21,157 nt of DNA from a virus, in UHGV virus genome UHGV-0323647; one strand, written 5' to 3'. Position 1 is the stretch's first letter. Every line of letters starts with the position of its first letter. Shown piece by piece: positions 1-9,652 of the stretch. The position numbers and the translations under genes are program-made. The notes under the pieces were generated by a model. It was not told the DNA's origin, searched no databases, and saw nothing but the letters and a program-made list of their open reading frames with translations.

Positions 1-438
1 CTGGTTATCTGCATCATCGTCTGCCTGTCATTGGCTGTTAATCATTACCGTGATAATGCAATCGCCTACAAAGAACAGCGCGATAACAAGGCCAGTGAAC
101 TGGAGAAGGCGAACGCCACCATTACTGACATGCAGCAGCGCCAGCGTGATGCTGATGCACTCGATGATAAATACACGAAGGAGTTAGCTGATGCGAAAGC
201 TGAAAATGATGCTCTTCTGCGGAAGCTTGATAATGGTGGTCGGGTGCTCGTCAAAGGAAAATGCCCTGTGCCATCCTCAGCCGAAACCTCCAGCGCCTCC
301 GGCATGGGCAATGATGCCACCGTCGAACTCTCTCCAGTTGCTGGACGAAACGTTCTCGGTATCCGGGACGGAATCATCAGCGACCAAACAGCACTGAGAA
401 CGCTTCAGGAATACATCAGGACGCAATGCCTTCAATGA
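1..438 (+). CDS. Rz: Rz-like inner-membrane spanin (i-spanin), 5' end cut by window edge
   Basis: Frame 1 is open from base 1 to TGA 436-438. The start of the window encodes a hydrophobic segment ([12 protein letters not shown]) followed by a charged, helix-prone periplasmic region. A lipoprotein ORF embedded in the +1 frame (Rz1) is the hallmark of Rz/Rz1 pairs. Confidence 0.8.
   Translation: MVICIIVCLSLAVNHYRDNAIAYKEQRDNKASELEKANATITDMQQRQRDADALDDKYTKELADAKAENDALLRKLDNGGRVLVKGKCPVPSSAETSSASGMGNDATVELSPVAGRNVLGIRDGIISDQTALRTLQEYIRTQCLQ
191..397 (+). CDS. Rz1: Rz1-like outer-membrane lipoprotein spanin (o-spanin), embedded in Rz in the +1 frame
   Basis: ATG at 191. The product [22 protein letters not shown]... 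has a signal peptide ending in a lipobox-like VVGC, then a proline-rich stretch ([11 protein letters not shown]), closely resembling lambda Rz1 as I recall it. It lies wholly inside the Rz frame. Confidence 0.8.
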   Translation: MRKLKMMLFCGSLIMVVGCSSKENALCHPQPKPPAPPAWAMMPPSNSLQLLDETFSVSGTESSATKQH

Positions 439-515
439 GTGGTCTCGACAATGGCTTATACCCTACACGGGATAACTTAACTGATATCCCTTTTAACGGA
501 TAAACGGAGCCAACA

Positions 516-758
516 ATGGCAGAGATTATTCCCATGACTGAAGAACAGAAATTCCAGTTAGAGATTTACAAACTGGTCATGAACCAGAACGCAGCCGCAG
601 AGGAAGCATTTCAATTTATTGGCACTGACGAACTGAAGCTTGAGCTATTCAAAATTCACTTCCAGTCAGGCGGCGCTAATTCAGATATCACGACCCGCAC
701 TATCGAAGCGGTGCGTAAATCGAAGGAAGCGTTAGACCTGTTCACTACCGGAGTGTAA
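516..758 (+). CDS. hypothetical protein (80 aa), unknown function
   Basis: ATG at 516 preceded by ACGGAG. Compact ORF in the co-directional late-gene array between lysis genes and terS. No motif recognised. Confidence 0.6.
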   Translation: MAEIIPMTEEQKFQLEIYKLVMNQNAAAEEAFQFIGTDELKLELFKIHFQSGGANSDITTRTIEAVRKSKEALDLFTTGV

Positions 759-761
759 GAG

Positions 762-1049
762 ATGACTGAACAAGAAATGCCGAGATACCAGTGCCACAAA
801 AAAGTTCGCGCCCTGAAGATTGGCTCTATAGAACATAAGCCAAACCCAGATCAGTCTGGTAAGACTGGCTCTTCTAGTTATGGAGCAATTATTCATCCGG
901 ATGATAAGAAATACGCAGCATTTGATGTTAGCGCGGAATATATCTGTAAGCACCGACCAATGTCTGGAGGCTATTACGTTGTCTATGAGGATGGATATGA
1001 ATCATATTCTCCTGCTGAGGTATTTGAGTCTGGATATTCAAAATTATAG
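762..1049 (+). CDS. hypothetical protein (95 aa), unknown function
   Basis: ATG at 762, 4 nt after the previous stop, with GGAG upstream. Tightly packed with neighbours. No motif recognised. Confidence 0.6.
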   Translation: MTEQEMPRYQCHKKVRALKIGSIEHKPNPDQSGKTGSSSYGAIIHPDDKKYAAFDVSAEYICKHRPMSGGYYVVYEDGYESYSPAEVFESGYSKL

Positions 1050-1058
1050 GAATCCTCT

Positions 1059-1238
1059 ATGACAAGCGTCGTTGATCTTGGTAAGGAGAAGAAATTCCCA
1101 ATTACTCAAGAGCTATATGAGCGGCTGGAAAGCGTCATCCATGATTACGATGGTGAAATCAGTTTATGCGAGGCGATTGGCACACTAGAATTGCTGAAGC
1201 AGTCACTGATTGAAAGCGCGAAAGAGTCCTCAGCCTGA
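1059..1238 (+). CDS. hypothetical small protein (59 aa); not in the supplied ORF track (below its apparent length cutoff)
   Basis: ATG at 1059 to TGA 1236-1238, translated by hand as MTSVVDLGKEKKFPITQELYERLESVIHDYDGEISLCEAIGTLELLKQSLIESAKESSA. AGGAA lies 7 nt upstream. It fills the otherwise empty gap between the 95-aa ORF and terS. Confidence 0.45.
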   Translation: MTSVVDLGKEKKFPITQELYERLESVIHDYDGEISLCEAIGTLELLKQSLIESAKESSA

Positions 1239-1261
1239 AATAACGATTAAGTGAGATGAAT

Positions 1262-1684
1262 ATGGCGACTGAACCAAAAGCTGGTCGCCCCTCTGATTAT
1301 ATGCCGGAGGTGGCTGACGATATCTGCTCGTTGCTTTCTTCTGGCGAAAGTTTGCTGAAAGTATGTAAGCGTCCTGGTATGCCGGATAAGTCCACTGTTT
1401 TCCGCTGGTTGGCAAAGCATGAGGATTTTCGCGACAAGTACGCGAAGGCAACTGAGGCACGAGCTGATTCTATTTTCGAAGAGATATTCGAAATTGCTGA
1501 CACTGCGATTCCAGATGCTGCTGAGGTGGCAAAGGCAAGACTTCGCGTTGATACCCGCAAATGGGCGCTGGCCCGAATGAATCCCCGTAAGTATGGCGAC
1601 AAGGTAACTAACGAGCTTGTCGGTAAGGACGGCGGCGCAATTCAGATTGAAACATCACCGATGAGCACTCTATTCGGAAAATGA
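1262..1684 (+). CDS. terS: terminase small subunit (Sf6 gp1-like TerS)
   Basis: Product MATEPKAGRPSDYMPEVADDICSLL... matches my recollection of the Sf6-type small terminase (about 140 aa). Two in-frame ATGs at 1256 and 1262; I chose 1262. Stop overlaps the terL start (ATGA at 1681-1684). Confidence 0.85.
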   Translation: MATEPKAGRPSDYMPEVADDICSLLSSGESLLKVCKRPGMPDKSTVFRWLAKHEDFRDKYAKATEARADSIFEEIFEIADTAIPDAAEVAKARLRVDTRKWALARMNPRKYGDKVTNELVGKDGGAIQIETSPMSTLFGK

Positions 1685-3096
1685 CCTCGATTAATCCTAT
1701 CTTTGAACCGTTCATTGAGGCGCATCGCTACAAAGTCGCCAAAGGCGGTCGAGGTAGCGGTAAATCATGGGCAATTGCGAGGCTGCTTGTTGAAGCGGCG
1801 CGTCGGCAGCCAGTGCGTATTCTCTGCGCTCGTGAACTGCAAAACAGTATCAGCGATTCGGTAATCCGGCTGCTTGAAGATACTATCGAGCGTGAAGGGT
1901 ATTCGGCTGAGTTTGAAATTCAGCGTTCAATGATTCGCCATCTCGGAACGAACGCTGAATTCATGTTCTACGGCATCAAAAACAACCCAACGAAGATTAA
2001 ATCGCTCGAAGGCATTGATATCTGCTGGGTGGAAGAAGCGGAAGCGGTAACAAAGGAATCGTGGGATATCCTGATACCAACCATCCGCAAGCCGTTTTCC
2101 GAAATATGGGTGAGCTTTAACCCGAAGAACATCCTCGACGATACCTATCAGCGATTCGTTGTAAACCCTCCTGATGATATTTGCCTGCTGACGGTGAACT
2201 ACACCGACAACCCGCACTTTCCTGAAGTTCTCCGTCTGGAGATGGAAGAGTGTAAACGCAGAAATCCGACACTATATCGTCACATCTGGCTTGGTGAGCC
2301 AGTGAGCGCAAGTGACATGGCAATCATCAAACGTGAATGGCTTGAAGCCGCAACCGATGCGCACAAGAAACTCGGATGGAAAGCGAAAGGCGCTGTTGTT
2401 TCTGCGCATGACCCATCAGATACAGGGCCAGATGCTAAAGGTTATGCATCGCGCCACGGTTCGGTTGTTAAGCGCATTGCCGAAGGTCTGCTGATGGATA
2501 TCAACGAGGGTGCTGACTGGGCTACTTCGCTGGCAATTGAAGACGGCGCTGACCATTACCTGTGGGATGGTGATGGCGTCGGTGCGGGCCTACGCAGACA
2601 GACAACGGAAGCGTTCTCCGGCAAGAAAATCACCGCCACGATGTTCAAGGGCAGTGAATCGCCATTCAATGAAGATGCACCGTATCAAGCCGGAGCATGG
2701 GCTGATGAAGTCGTACAGGGTGACAACGTTCGCACTATTGGCGATGTATTCCGCAATAAGCGAGCGCAATTCTATTACGCGCTGGCTGACAGGCTGTATC
2801 TGACATATCGGGCGGTTGTTCACGGTGAGTATGCAGACCCCGACGACATGCTGAGTTTCGACAAAGAAGTGATAGGCGAGAAGATGCTGGAGAAGCTGTT
2901 TGCAGAACTGACGCAGATTCAGCGCAAATTCAATAACAACGGGAAGCTGGAGCTTATGACTAAGGTCGAAATGAAGCAGAAGCTCGGTATTCCATCTCCT
3001 AACCTGGCTGATGCGCTGATGATGTGTATGCATTGCCCGGAGTCGGCTGCGCAACCCGACTATTCCAGTTACTCAATTCCTTGTGGTGTAGGTTGA
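1681..3096 (+). CDS. terL: terminase large subunit (TerL: ATPase plus nuclease)
   Basis: 471 aa. Walker A P-loop KGGRGSGKS near the N-terminus. Size and position immediately after terS and before portal are typical; translationally coupled to terS. Confidence 0.93.
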   Translation: MTSINPIFEPFIEAHRYKVAKGGRGSGKSWAIARLLVEAARRQPVRILCARELQNSISDSVIRLLEDTIEREGYSAEFEIQRSMIRHLGTNAEFMFYGIKNNPTKIKSLEGIDICWVEEAEAVTKESWDILIPTIRKPFSEIWVSFNPKNILDDTYQRFVVNPPDDICLLTVNYTDNPHFPEVLRLEMEECKRRNPTLYRHIWLGEPVSASDMAIIKREWLEAATDAHKKLGWKAKGAVVSAHDPSDTGPDAKGYASRHGSVVKRIAEGLLMDINEGADWATSLAIEDGADHYLWDGDGVGAGLRRQTTEAFSGKKITATMFKGSESPFNEDAPYQAGAWADEVVQGDNVRTIGDVFRNKRAQFYYALADRLYLTYRAVVHGEYADPDDMLSFDKEVIGEKMLEKLFAELTQIQRKFNNNGKLELMTKVEMKQKLGIPSPNLADALMMCMHCPESAAQPDYSSYSIPCGVG

Positions 3097-3097
3097 T

Positions 3098-5296
3098 ATG
3101 GCAGAAAAAAAGATGACTGACTGGCATCGCAAGGTGCTGTGCAACTTTGATAATGCCTGGTCAGCAACGCAGGATATGCGTGAGCAGATTATTGAGGCTC
3201 AACGTTTCGTCAGGGTGTCCGGCGCACAGTGGGAAGGCAGCACAAACGCTGGTTACTCATTTGATGAAGGCAGGTTTGAGCATTATCCGCGTTTTGAACT
3301 GAATAAGATTGCCCGTGAATGTGATCGCATCATTGGCGAGTATCGACAGAATCGCATCAGCGTTAAATTCAGGCCGAAGGACGATAAGGCATCGGAAGCG
3401 TTAGCCGAAAAGATGAACGGCAAATTCCGCGCTGACTATCAGGAAACATCCGGTGGCGAAGCGTGTGATAACGCATTTGATGATGCTGTAACGGGCGGAT
3501 TCGGTTGTTTCCGCATGTGTGCCGATTACGAAGATGAAATGGATCCGAGTAACGAGCAGCGCCGCATCAGCCTTCTTCCTGTTTACGACCCAGCAACATG
3601 CGTCTTCTTCGATCAGGACAGCAAGCAATATGACCGCTCTGATGCTATGTGGGCTATGGAAATGTTCTCCATGACGCCCAAAGCGTTCGAGGCTGAATAC
3701 CCTGATTCCACCGCGGCAAGCCTTTCTCGTGATGACACTGGCACTCAATATGACTGGTCAACGCCCGATGCCATCTATGTTGGACGCTACTACGAAGTTC
3801 GCATAGAGAAGGTGAAGCTCACGGCGTGGCGCAACCCTGTTAGCGGAGAAACGGCAATCTATGATGAAGAGCAAATCAAAGATATTGTCGACGAGCTAAC
3901 CGATGGCTCATTCGAACTGATTGGCGAGCGAACGGTGAAGAAACGCCGAGTTTATTGCGGTCTTCTGTCTGGCGCTGAATGGCTGGAAGAACCGAAGCGT
4001 ATTCCGGGTGAACATATTCCTCTCATCCCGGTATATGGGCGTCGCTCATTTGTTGATAATCAGGAGCGAATCGAAGGCCACGCAGCAAAAGCGATGGATG
4101 CACAGCGTCTTGAGAACCTGATGGTTTCCATGATTGCAGATAACGCTACTCAGGCTGGCGGTGATGGCATTCCTATCGTGGATGTTGATTTCATTCCCGG
4201 TCCATTAATGAATCACTGGGCAGAGAGGAATAAGAAAAGACCTGCAGTTCTTCCCATGACCAGCAAGAAGGACAAAAACGGAACGGTCATTTCAGAGGCT
4301 CAGGTTGCTGGCTGGACACCTCCGACACAAATGCCACCTGCTCTTGCCGGGCTATTGCAGTACACCGGAACGGCTATTCAGCAAATTACAGGTGCGTCGC
4401 AGCTTGAGAACATGCCGAGCAACGTCGCTACCGATACCGTTGATAGCATCTTTAACCGGATGGATACGCAGTCCTATATCTACATGGACAACATGGCTAA
4501 ATCCATGCGTCGCGCTGGCGTTGTGTGGCTTTCTATGGCGCGTGAGGTCTATGGCAGTGATACGCCGATGCGTATCGTTAATGAGGACGGCAGCGATGAC
4601 GTGGCGCTGATGACTGGTGAAGTGGTTGACCGTCAGACAGGGCAGGTTATCGCGCTTAACGACCTTTCGCAGGGCAACTATGAAGTGACTGTCGATGTCG
4701 GTCAGTCGTTCGCTACTCGCCGTGATGCAACTGTTAAGTCGTTACTTTCCATGCTGGCACTTATCCCACCGGGAACGCCGAAGCACGACCTTGTATCGTC
4801 GATGATTCTTGACAATATGGACGGCGAAGGGATGGACGACCTTAAAGAATACAACCGCAATCAGTTGCTTCTGTCTGGAGTTATCAAACCGAGAACGCCA
4901 GAAGAGCAGCAGATGGTTGAGCAGGCGAAACAACAACAGGCCAGTCAGCCAGATCCGGCTATGGTTGCTGCGCAAGGTCAGCTTCTTGCTGGTCAGGCTG
5001 AATTGCAGAAAGCGCAGAACGAGCAGGCAGCCATTCAGGTTAAAGCATTCCAGGCACAGACTGATGCTCAGGTTGCAGCGGCAAACGTTGTGAAAATCCT
5101 CGCATCTGCTGATAGCCAGCAAAAATCTGATATCCGTGAGGCGCTGAAACTGCTCGGACAGTTCCAGCAACAGCAAGGAGATAATGCCCGTGCTGATGCA
5201 GAGCTTGTCCTGAAAAGTCAGGCACAGGGCCATGCGCAGCGCATGGACATCAGCAGCATCCTGCAAAAATCAACTCAGCAACAACCACAGCAGTAA
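3098..5296 (+). CDS. portal protein (P22 gp1-like)
   Basis: 732 aa ORF starting 2 nt after the terL stop. Size matches P22-type portals (about 725 aa). Long Gln/Ala-rich helical C-terminal extension as in the P22 portal barrel. Confidence 0.92.
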   Translation: MAEKKMTDWHRKVLCNFDNAWSATQDMREQIIEAQRFVRVSGAQWEGSTNAGYSFDEGRFEHYPRFELNKIARECDRIIGEYRQNRISVKFRPKDDKASEALAEKMNGKFRADYQETSGGEACDNAFDDAVTGGFGCFRMCADYEDEMDPSNEQRRISLLPVYDPATCVFFDQDSKQYDRSDAMWAMEMFSMTPKAFEAEYPDSTAASLSRDDTGTQYDWSTPDAIYVGRYYEVRIEKVKLTAWRNPVSGETAIYDEEQIKDIVDELTDGSFELIGERTVKKRRVYCGLLSGAEWLEEPKRIPGEHIPLIPVYGRRSFVDNQERIEGHAAKAMDAQRLENLMVSMIADNATQAGGDGIPIVDVDFIPGPLMNHWAERNKKRPAVLPMTSKKDKNGTVISEAQVAGWTPPTQMPPALAGLLQYTGTAIQQITGASQLENMPSNVATDTVDSIFNRMDTQSYIYMDNMAKSMRRAGVVWLSMAREVYGSDTPMRIVNEDGSDDVALMTGEVVDRQTGQVIALNDLSQGNYEVTVDVGQSFATRRDATVKSLLSMLALIPPGTPKHDLVSSMILDNMDGEGMDDLKEYNRNQLLLSGVIKPRTPEEQQMVEQAKQQQASQPDPAMVAAQGQLLAGQAELQKAQNEQAAIQVKAFQAQTDAQVAAANVVKILASADSQQKSDIREALKLLGQFQQQQGDNARADAELVLKSQAQGHAQRMDISSILQKSTQQQPQQ

Positions 5297-5386
5297 TTAA
5301 CCCATAACGTGCAATGGCTGTCTTTATGAGGCCTGGCACCCTATTGCCTTCCGATGGGCTGAACATCGAGTAAACAGGGGTAACAA

Positions 5387-6280
5387 ATGGACCAGATGGC
5401 AGAAAACACACCAGAAGTTGAAATCGAAACCGACGCGTCAGAGCAGATTCCTGATGATGTCGAACTGGCTGAAGAAGTCGAAACAGAAGATGGCAGTGAG
5501 TCCTCTGGCAATGATGCAGAGGAAGCTACTGAAACTGATGACGACGAATCAGAACAGGAATTCTACTTTGGTGACGAAAAGCTGGATTCGCCAACCAGCG
5601 AAGATAGCGCAGAGCATGGACTGGTAAAACACCTGCGCAAGACGATTAAAGAGAAAGACCGTGAGCTGAAAGAGCTGATGCGTCAGTCTCAGAAACCCGT
5701 CGAGCAGCAGCCGGTAATCACTCAACCACCGCGAATGCCAAAACTGGATGATGAGGACATCGGTTTCGATGAAGAAATCTACCAGCAACGCATGGCTAAG
5801 TGGGCAGAGGATAACGGCAAGTACCAGCAACAGGAGATGGCTCGCAAGCAGAAGGAGCAGGAGCTTCAGGCTGCCTATCAAGAGCGATTATCCAAATATC
5901 AGCAACGTGTTAAGGCTCTCAAAGTTCCTGGCTATCAGGAAGCTGAGCAGGCCGTACTCGAGGAAATCCCCATCGAGACACAAAACGCGATCCTGTTTGA
6001 GTCAGAGAAGCCGGAAATCGTTGTTCTGGCGCTCGGTCGCAACGCTGAACTGCGCAAGCAACTGGCAGAAGCTACCAACCCCGTAGCAATTGGTCGTCTG
6101 CTGGAACGTATCGAATCGAAGGCCAGAATCATGCCAAAAGCAAAAACCACGGCAGCCACAACCCCGACAGTTAAGGGGAGCAACGGCGCAGTAATCAACA
6201 ACCTCGACAAACTGAAAGCCAAGGCGCTGGAAACTGGTGACTGGACGCCGTATTTCGCCGCTAAAAAGGCAAAAAAATAA
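5387..6280 (+). CDS. scaffolding protein (P22 gp8-like)
   Basis: 297 aa, highly acidic N-terminus (many D/E), charged helical middle, basic C-terminal tail (...FAAKKAKK). Sits between portal and coat. Confidence 0.85.
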   Translation: MDQMAENTPEVEIETDASEQIPDDVELAEEVETEDGSESSGNDAEEATETDDDESEQEFYFGDEKLDSPTSEDSAEHGLVKHLRKTIKEKDRELKELMRQSQKPVEQQPVITQPPRMPKLDDEDIGFDEEIYQQRMAKWAEDNGKYQQQEMARKQKEQELQAAYQERLSKYQQRVKALKVPGYQEAEQAVLEEIPIETQNAILFESEKPEIVVLALGRNAELRKQLAEATNPVAIGRLLERIESKARIMPKAKTTAATTPTVKGSNGAVINNLDKLKAKALETGDWTPYFAAKKAKK

Positions 6281-6298
6281 CCTATCGGAGCATTAAGC

Positions 6299-7552
6299 AT
6301 GGCTAACCAATTAGCAAAAGACCTTGAAATCATGTTCGAAAACTACGTTGAAGGCTTTGAGGCCGCCTGCGTAGTTTCCCGTAACGCTAAAAAATTCCGT
6401 CCCGGTGATACTGCAATGCAGCGAGCAGGTGATGTTCTGTATCGTCCGCAGCATTACCACATGAACATTGAAGAAGGCCTCGATCTCAGCAGCAAAACAC
6501 CAACAGCACTGGTTCAGCGCCTTGTTCCTTCTGTGTTCAAGGAGCCGAAAAACATTCTGTACACTCTGGATGCGCGTGAAATGCGTGACCCTGAACATAA
6601 AACTGAAGCTGGTCGCGCCGCAGGTATGCGCCTTGCTGCACAGATTGACTCTGACCTGATTTCCATGGTTACGCAGCGTGCTACTAACGTGATCACGATG
6701 GCTGACTCAACCACAGGTTCACAGGGCCGTGATTTGTGGAACTGTGCGGCAGGTATTGATGCCACTATGACGGCGATTGGTGTACCGCAGGGTATCAACC
6801 GTCGCTCTTTCTGGAACCCCTTCAACTACAAAGACCTTGCTGGCGAGCTTGGTCACCGTGCCTATGCTCAGGGTGCAACCCTGACAGCATACGAAAAAGC
6901 GCAAATCCCTCCGGTTGCGTCCTTCGATAGCTACAAGACCGATATTTCTGGTCGTGTTCCGAAGGGTACAGCAACTTCCATTGCGCTGGCAGCAGCACCT
7001 GCGCACAAGGTTGAAGCGAAAGATGCTAACGATATGCCAGTGGATAACCGACAGGGGACCATTACGGTATCTGCTGAAGGTTTGCAGGTTGGTGATGCGT
7101 TCACCATCGCAGGGGTGAATTCCGTACACCAGATCACCAAAGATACCACCGGGCAGCCGCAGGTATTCCGCGTTCTGGCAGTAAGCGGAACGACAGTAAC
7201 TATCTCCCCGAAAATTCTGCCGCCTGACAACGCGGATGTCGCCAGCCGACCATATGCAAACGTTGATGCTAACGCGGCAAATAGCGCAGCAATCACCATT
7301 CTCAACAAGAACGCAGCACCTGCTAACCTGTTCTGGGCTGATGGTTCTGTTGAGCTGATGTACGGCAAACTGGCGTTCCCGACTGGTCAGGGTCCACAGG
7401 TAATGACAGCAACCACCGAGCAGGGCGCTACGCTGATCATGTCTTACGCCTTCGACCACATCAAAGGCGTAACCACTGCTCGTTTCACCACTCTGTATGG
7501 TTGCTCTGTACTTGTTCCTGAATATACGGGCATCGTTATTGCCGGGCAGTAA
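6299..7552 (+). CDS. major capsid (coat) protein (P22 gp5-like, HK97 fold)
   Basis: 417 aa ORF with GGAG 10 nt upstream of ATG 6299. Position after scaffold and size close to P22/Sf6 coat (about 420-430 aa). Followed by an intrinsic terminator. Confidence 0.9.
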   Translation: MANQLAKDLEIMFENYVEGFEAACVVSRNAKKFRPGDTAMQRAGDVLYRPQHYHMNIEEGLDLSSKTPTALVQRLVPSVFKEPKNILYTLDAREMRDPEHKTEAGRAAGMRLAAQIDSDLISMVTQRATNVITMADSTTGSQGRDLWNCAAGIDATMTAIGVPQGINRRSFWNPFNYKDLAGELGHRAYAQGATLTAYEKAQIPPVASFDSYKTDISGRVPKGTATSIALAAAPAHKVEAKDANDMPVDNRQGTITVSAEGLQVGDAFTIAGVNSVHQITKDTTGQPQVFRVLAVSGTTVTISPKILPPDNADVASRPYANVDANAANSAAITILNKNAAPANLFWADGSVELMYGKLAFPTGQGPQVMTATTEQGATLIMSYAFDHIKGVTTARFTTLYGCSVLVPEYTGIVIAGQ

Positions 7553-7557
7553 TTTTG

Positions 7558-7582
7558 GTGGGGCTTCGGCCCCATTTTTATT
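7558..7582 (+). terminator. rho-independent terminator/attenuator just after the coat gene
   Basis: GGGGC-TTCG-GCCCC hairpin (7560-7573) followed by ATTTTTATT, 8 nt after the coat stop codon. Confidence 0.6.
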
Positions 7583-7593
7583 GGGAGAAGACA

Positions 7594-7782
7594 ATGGCAC
7601 GAACAATGCTCTATAAGCCTGGCAACATGATCACCTGTGGTCAGTTTGCTGTCGATTACATCATTGTTGATGACGAAGAAGTTAAATCTCACCTGAAAAA
7701 AGGTTGGGTAAAAACTCCTGAAGAAACCGCAACGAAGCAAAAAGTGGCTAAGGCGGAAGAAGATGGCGAAAACGAAGGGTGA
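7594..7782 (+). CDS. small hypothetical virion-module protein (62 aa)
   Basis: ATG at 7594 preceded by GGGAGAAG. The ORF-track start at 7555 (no ATG there; first in-frame ATG is 7594) lies inside the terminator hairpin and is unlikely. Acidic C-terminus. Overlaps the next gene by 20 nt. Confidence 0.5.
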   Translation: MARTMLYKPGNMITCGQFAVDYIIVDDEEVKSHLKKGWVKTPEETATKQKVAKAEEDGENEG

Positions 7783-8224
7783 TCTCGTTCTAAAGGCTTT
7801 ACGAAAAGCCGGGCTGTATTCCAATGCCACGTTGACAGATGCTGACCCTCAGGCAATTGAAGATGCTATTAATGACCTCGAAGACATGATGGCAGCATGG
7901 CAGGCGAAAGGTATCGAGCTTGGGTATCAGTTTGCTGATACAGAAAACGGCATCATGCCGTTACCTGACGATGATTCAGGTATCCCTGCATGGGCAAATG
8001 ATGGCGTCGCTTTGAAACTCGCTGTGCAAGTGTGCATGGATAACGTCATTCAGCCATCAGACGCTCTCCTTACCGCTGCTGACAGTGCATATCAAACAAT
8101 CTGTATCGCTTTAACCAAAATACCACCACTTGAGCGGCGAAATGACATGCCTCGCGGTAGTGGTAACAAAAGCGCGTTTACGTGGAATCGGTTTTACATC
8201 GAGAAAGATGATCCGAGTACGTGA
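7763..8224 (+). CDS. head-completion / tail-adaptor protein (P22 gp4-like)
   Basis: 153 aa. N-terminus AKTKGDLVLKALRKAG...TLTD...DLEDMMAAW and C-terminal ...MPRGSGN... resemble P22 gp4 as I recall it. Correct position after coat. Confidence 0.85.
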   Translation: MAKTKGDLVLKALRKAGLYSNATLTDADPQAIEDAINDLEDMMAAWQAKGIELGYQFADTENGIMPLPDDDSGIPAWANDGVALKLAVQVCMDNVIQPSDALLTAADSAYQTICIALTKIPPLERRNDMPRGSGNKSAFTWNRFYIEKDDPST

Positions 8225-8233
8225 GGTGAATAA

Positions 8234-9652
8234 ATGCCGATTCAGCAACTTCCGCTTATGAAAGGCGTCGGCAAAGACTTTCGAAACGCCGACTATATCG
8301 ACTATCTGCCAGTGAATATGTTGGCTACACCAAAAGAAATCCTTAACAGCAGCGGATATCTTCGCTCATTCCCGGGCATTGCCAAACGTTCTGATGTGAA
8401 CGGCGTATCGCGCGGCGTCGAGTACAACATGGCGCAGAGTGCTGTTTATCGCGTGTGTGGTGGGAAGCTCTACAAAGGCGAAAGTGAAGTCGGTGATGTT
8501 GCCGGAAGTGGTCGCGTATCAATGGCGCATGGTCGGACATCTCAGGCTGTAGGCGTTAATGGTCAACTGGTCGAGTATCGCTATGATGGCACGGTTAAAA
8601 CCGTCTCAAACTGGCCTACTGATAGCGGATTCACTCAGTATGAGTTAGGTTCAGTCCGCGACATTACACGCTTACGTGGGCGTTATGCGTGGTCAAAAGA
8701 CGGCACGGATTCATGGTTTATCACTGACCTTGAAGACGAATCGCATCCTGACCGTTACAGCGCACAATATCGCGCAGAATCGCAGCCGGACGGTATCCTC
8801 GGCATCGGAACATGGCGAGACTTCATCGTCTGCTTTGGTTCATCGACGATTGAATATTTTTCCCTGACTGGGGCAACCACCGTTGGTGCCGCTTTGTATG
8901 TCGCACAGCCATCTCTTATGGTGCAGAAAGGCATTGCCGGAACTTACTGCAAAACGCCGTTTGCTGATTCCTATGCGTTTATCAGCAATCCGGCAACAGG
9001 TGCTCCGTCTGTATACATCATCGGCTCCGGTCAGGTATCACCAATCGCCAGCGCGAGCATTGAGAAAATTCTCCGCTCCTACACTGCTGATGAACTGGCT
9101 GATGGCGTGATGGAATCGCTGCGATTTGATGCGCATGAGCTGCTGATTATCCATCTTCCGCGCCATGTTCTCGTGTACGACGCATCTTCAAGCGCCAATG
9201 GTCCGCAATGGTGTGTACTGAAAACAGGCTTGTATGACGATGTGTACCGCGCTATCGACTTCATTTACGAAGGAAATCAGATAACGTGCGGCGATAAGCT
9301 GGAATCGGTGACCGGGAAATTGCAGTTCGATATCAGCAGTCAGTACGACAAGCAGCAGGAACACCTGCTGTTTACTCCGTTGTTCAAAGCGGATAACGCC
9401 AGAGTGTTTGACCTTGAAGTTGAATCTTCAACTGGCGTTGCGCAGTACGCTGACCGCCTGTTCCTCTCTGCAACCACTGACGGCATCAATTACGGTCGTG
9501 AGCAGATGATTGAGCATAATGAACCGTTCGTTTACGACAAACGCGTTTTGTGGAAGCGTGTCGGGCGAATCAGGAAAAATGTTGGCTTCAAATTGCGCGT
9601 TATCACGAAGTCACCTGTCACTCTGTCTGGCTGTCAGATAAGGATTGAGTAA
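8234..9652 (+). CDS. head-completion / tail-hub protein (P22 gp10-like)
   Basis: 472 aa, the same length as P22 gp10. N-terminus [35 protein letters not shown] matches my recollection of gp10. GAGGTG upstream of the ATG. Confidence 0.9.
   Translation: MPIQQLPLMKGVGKDFRNADYIDYLPVNMLATPKEILNSSGYLRSFPGIAKRSDVNGVSRGVEYNMAQSAVYRVCGGKLYKGESEVGDVAGSGRVSMAHGRTSQAVGVNGQLVEYRYDGTVKTVSNWPTDSGFTQYELGSVRDITRLRGRYAWSKDGTDSWFITDLEDESHPDRYSAQYRAESQPDGILGIGTWRDFIVCFGSSTIEYFSLTGATTVGAALYVAQPSLMVQKGIAGTYCKTPFADSYAFISNPATGAPSVYIIGSGQVSPIASASIEKILRSYTADELADGVMESLRFDAHELLIIHLPRHVLVYDASSSANGPQWCVLKTGLYDDVYRAIDFIYEGNQITCGDKLESVTGKLQFDISSQYDKQQEHLLFTPLFKADNARVFDLEVESSTGVAQYADRLFLSATTDGINYGREQMIEHNEPFVYDKRVLWKRVGRIRKNVGFKLRVITKSPVTLSGCQIRIE

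Noticed and set aside
469-494. Hairpin GGGATA-N10-TATCCC followed by TTTT after Rz
   Set aside because: Only a 6-bp AT-containing stem with a 10-nt loop; too weak to call a terminator with confidence.
1256-1261. Upstream ATG (1256) as the terS start, and ORF-track starts at 7555, 10497 and 16294
   Set aside because: The downstream start has better SD spacing or matches the recalled family N-terminus in each case, and 10497 is a GTG. The choices are uncertain by a few codons and do not affect the gene calls.
2590-3054. 154-aa minus-strand ORF inside terL, plus other nested ORFs of 60-130 aa within terL, portal, scaffold, coat, gp10, gp26 and the ejection genes
   Set aside because: All lie within or antisense to strongly supported virion genes and lack start context; treated as spurious alternative frames.
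4742-5266. 174-aa minus-strand ORF inside the portal gene
   Set aside because: Antisense frame within the portal C-terminal region; Leu/Arg-rich artefactual composition.
6719-7606. 295-aa minus-strand ORF inside the coat gene
   Set aside because: Antisense to a confidently identified coat gene. Cys/Arg-rich, low-complexity translation typical of a reverse-frame artefact. No SD or promoter context.
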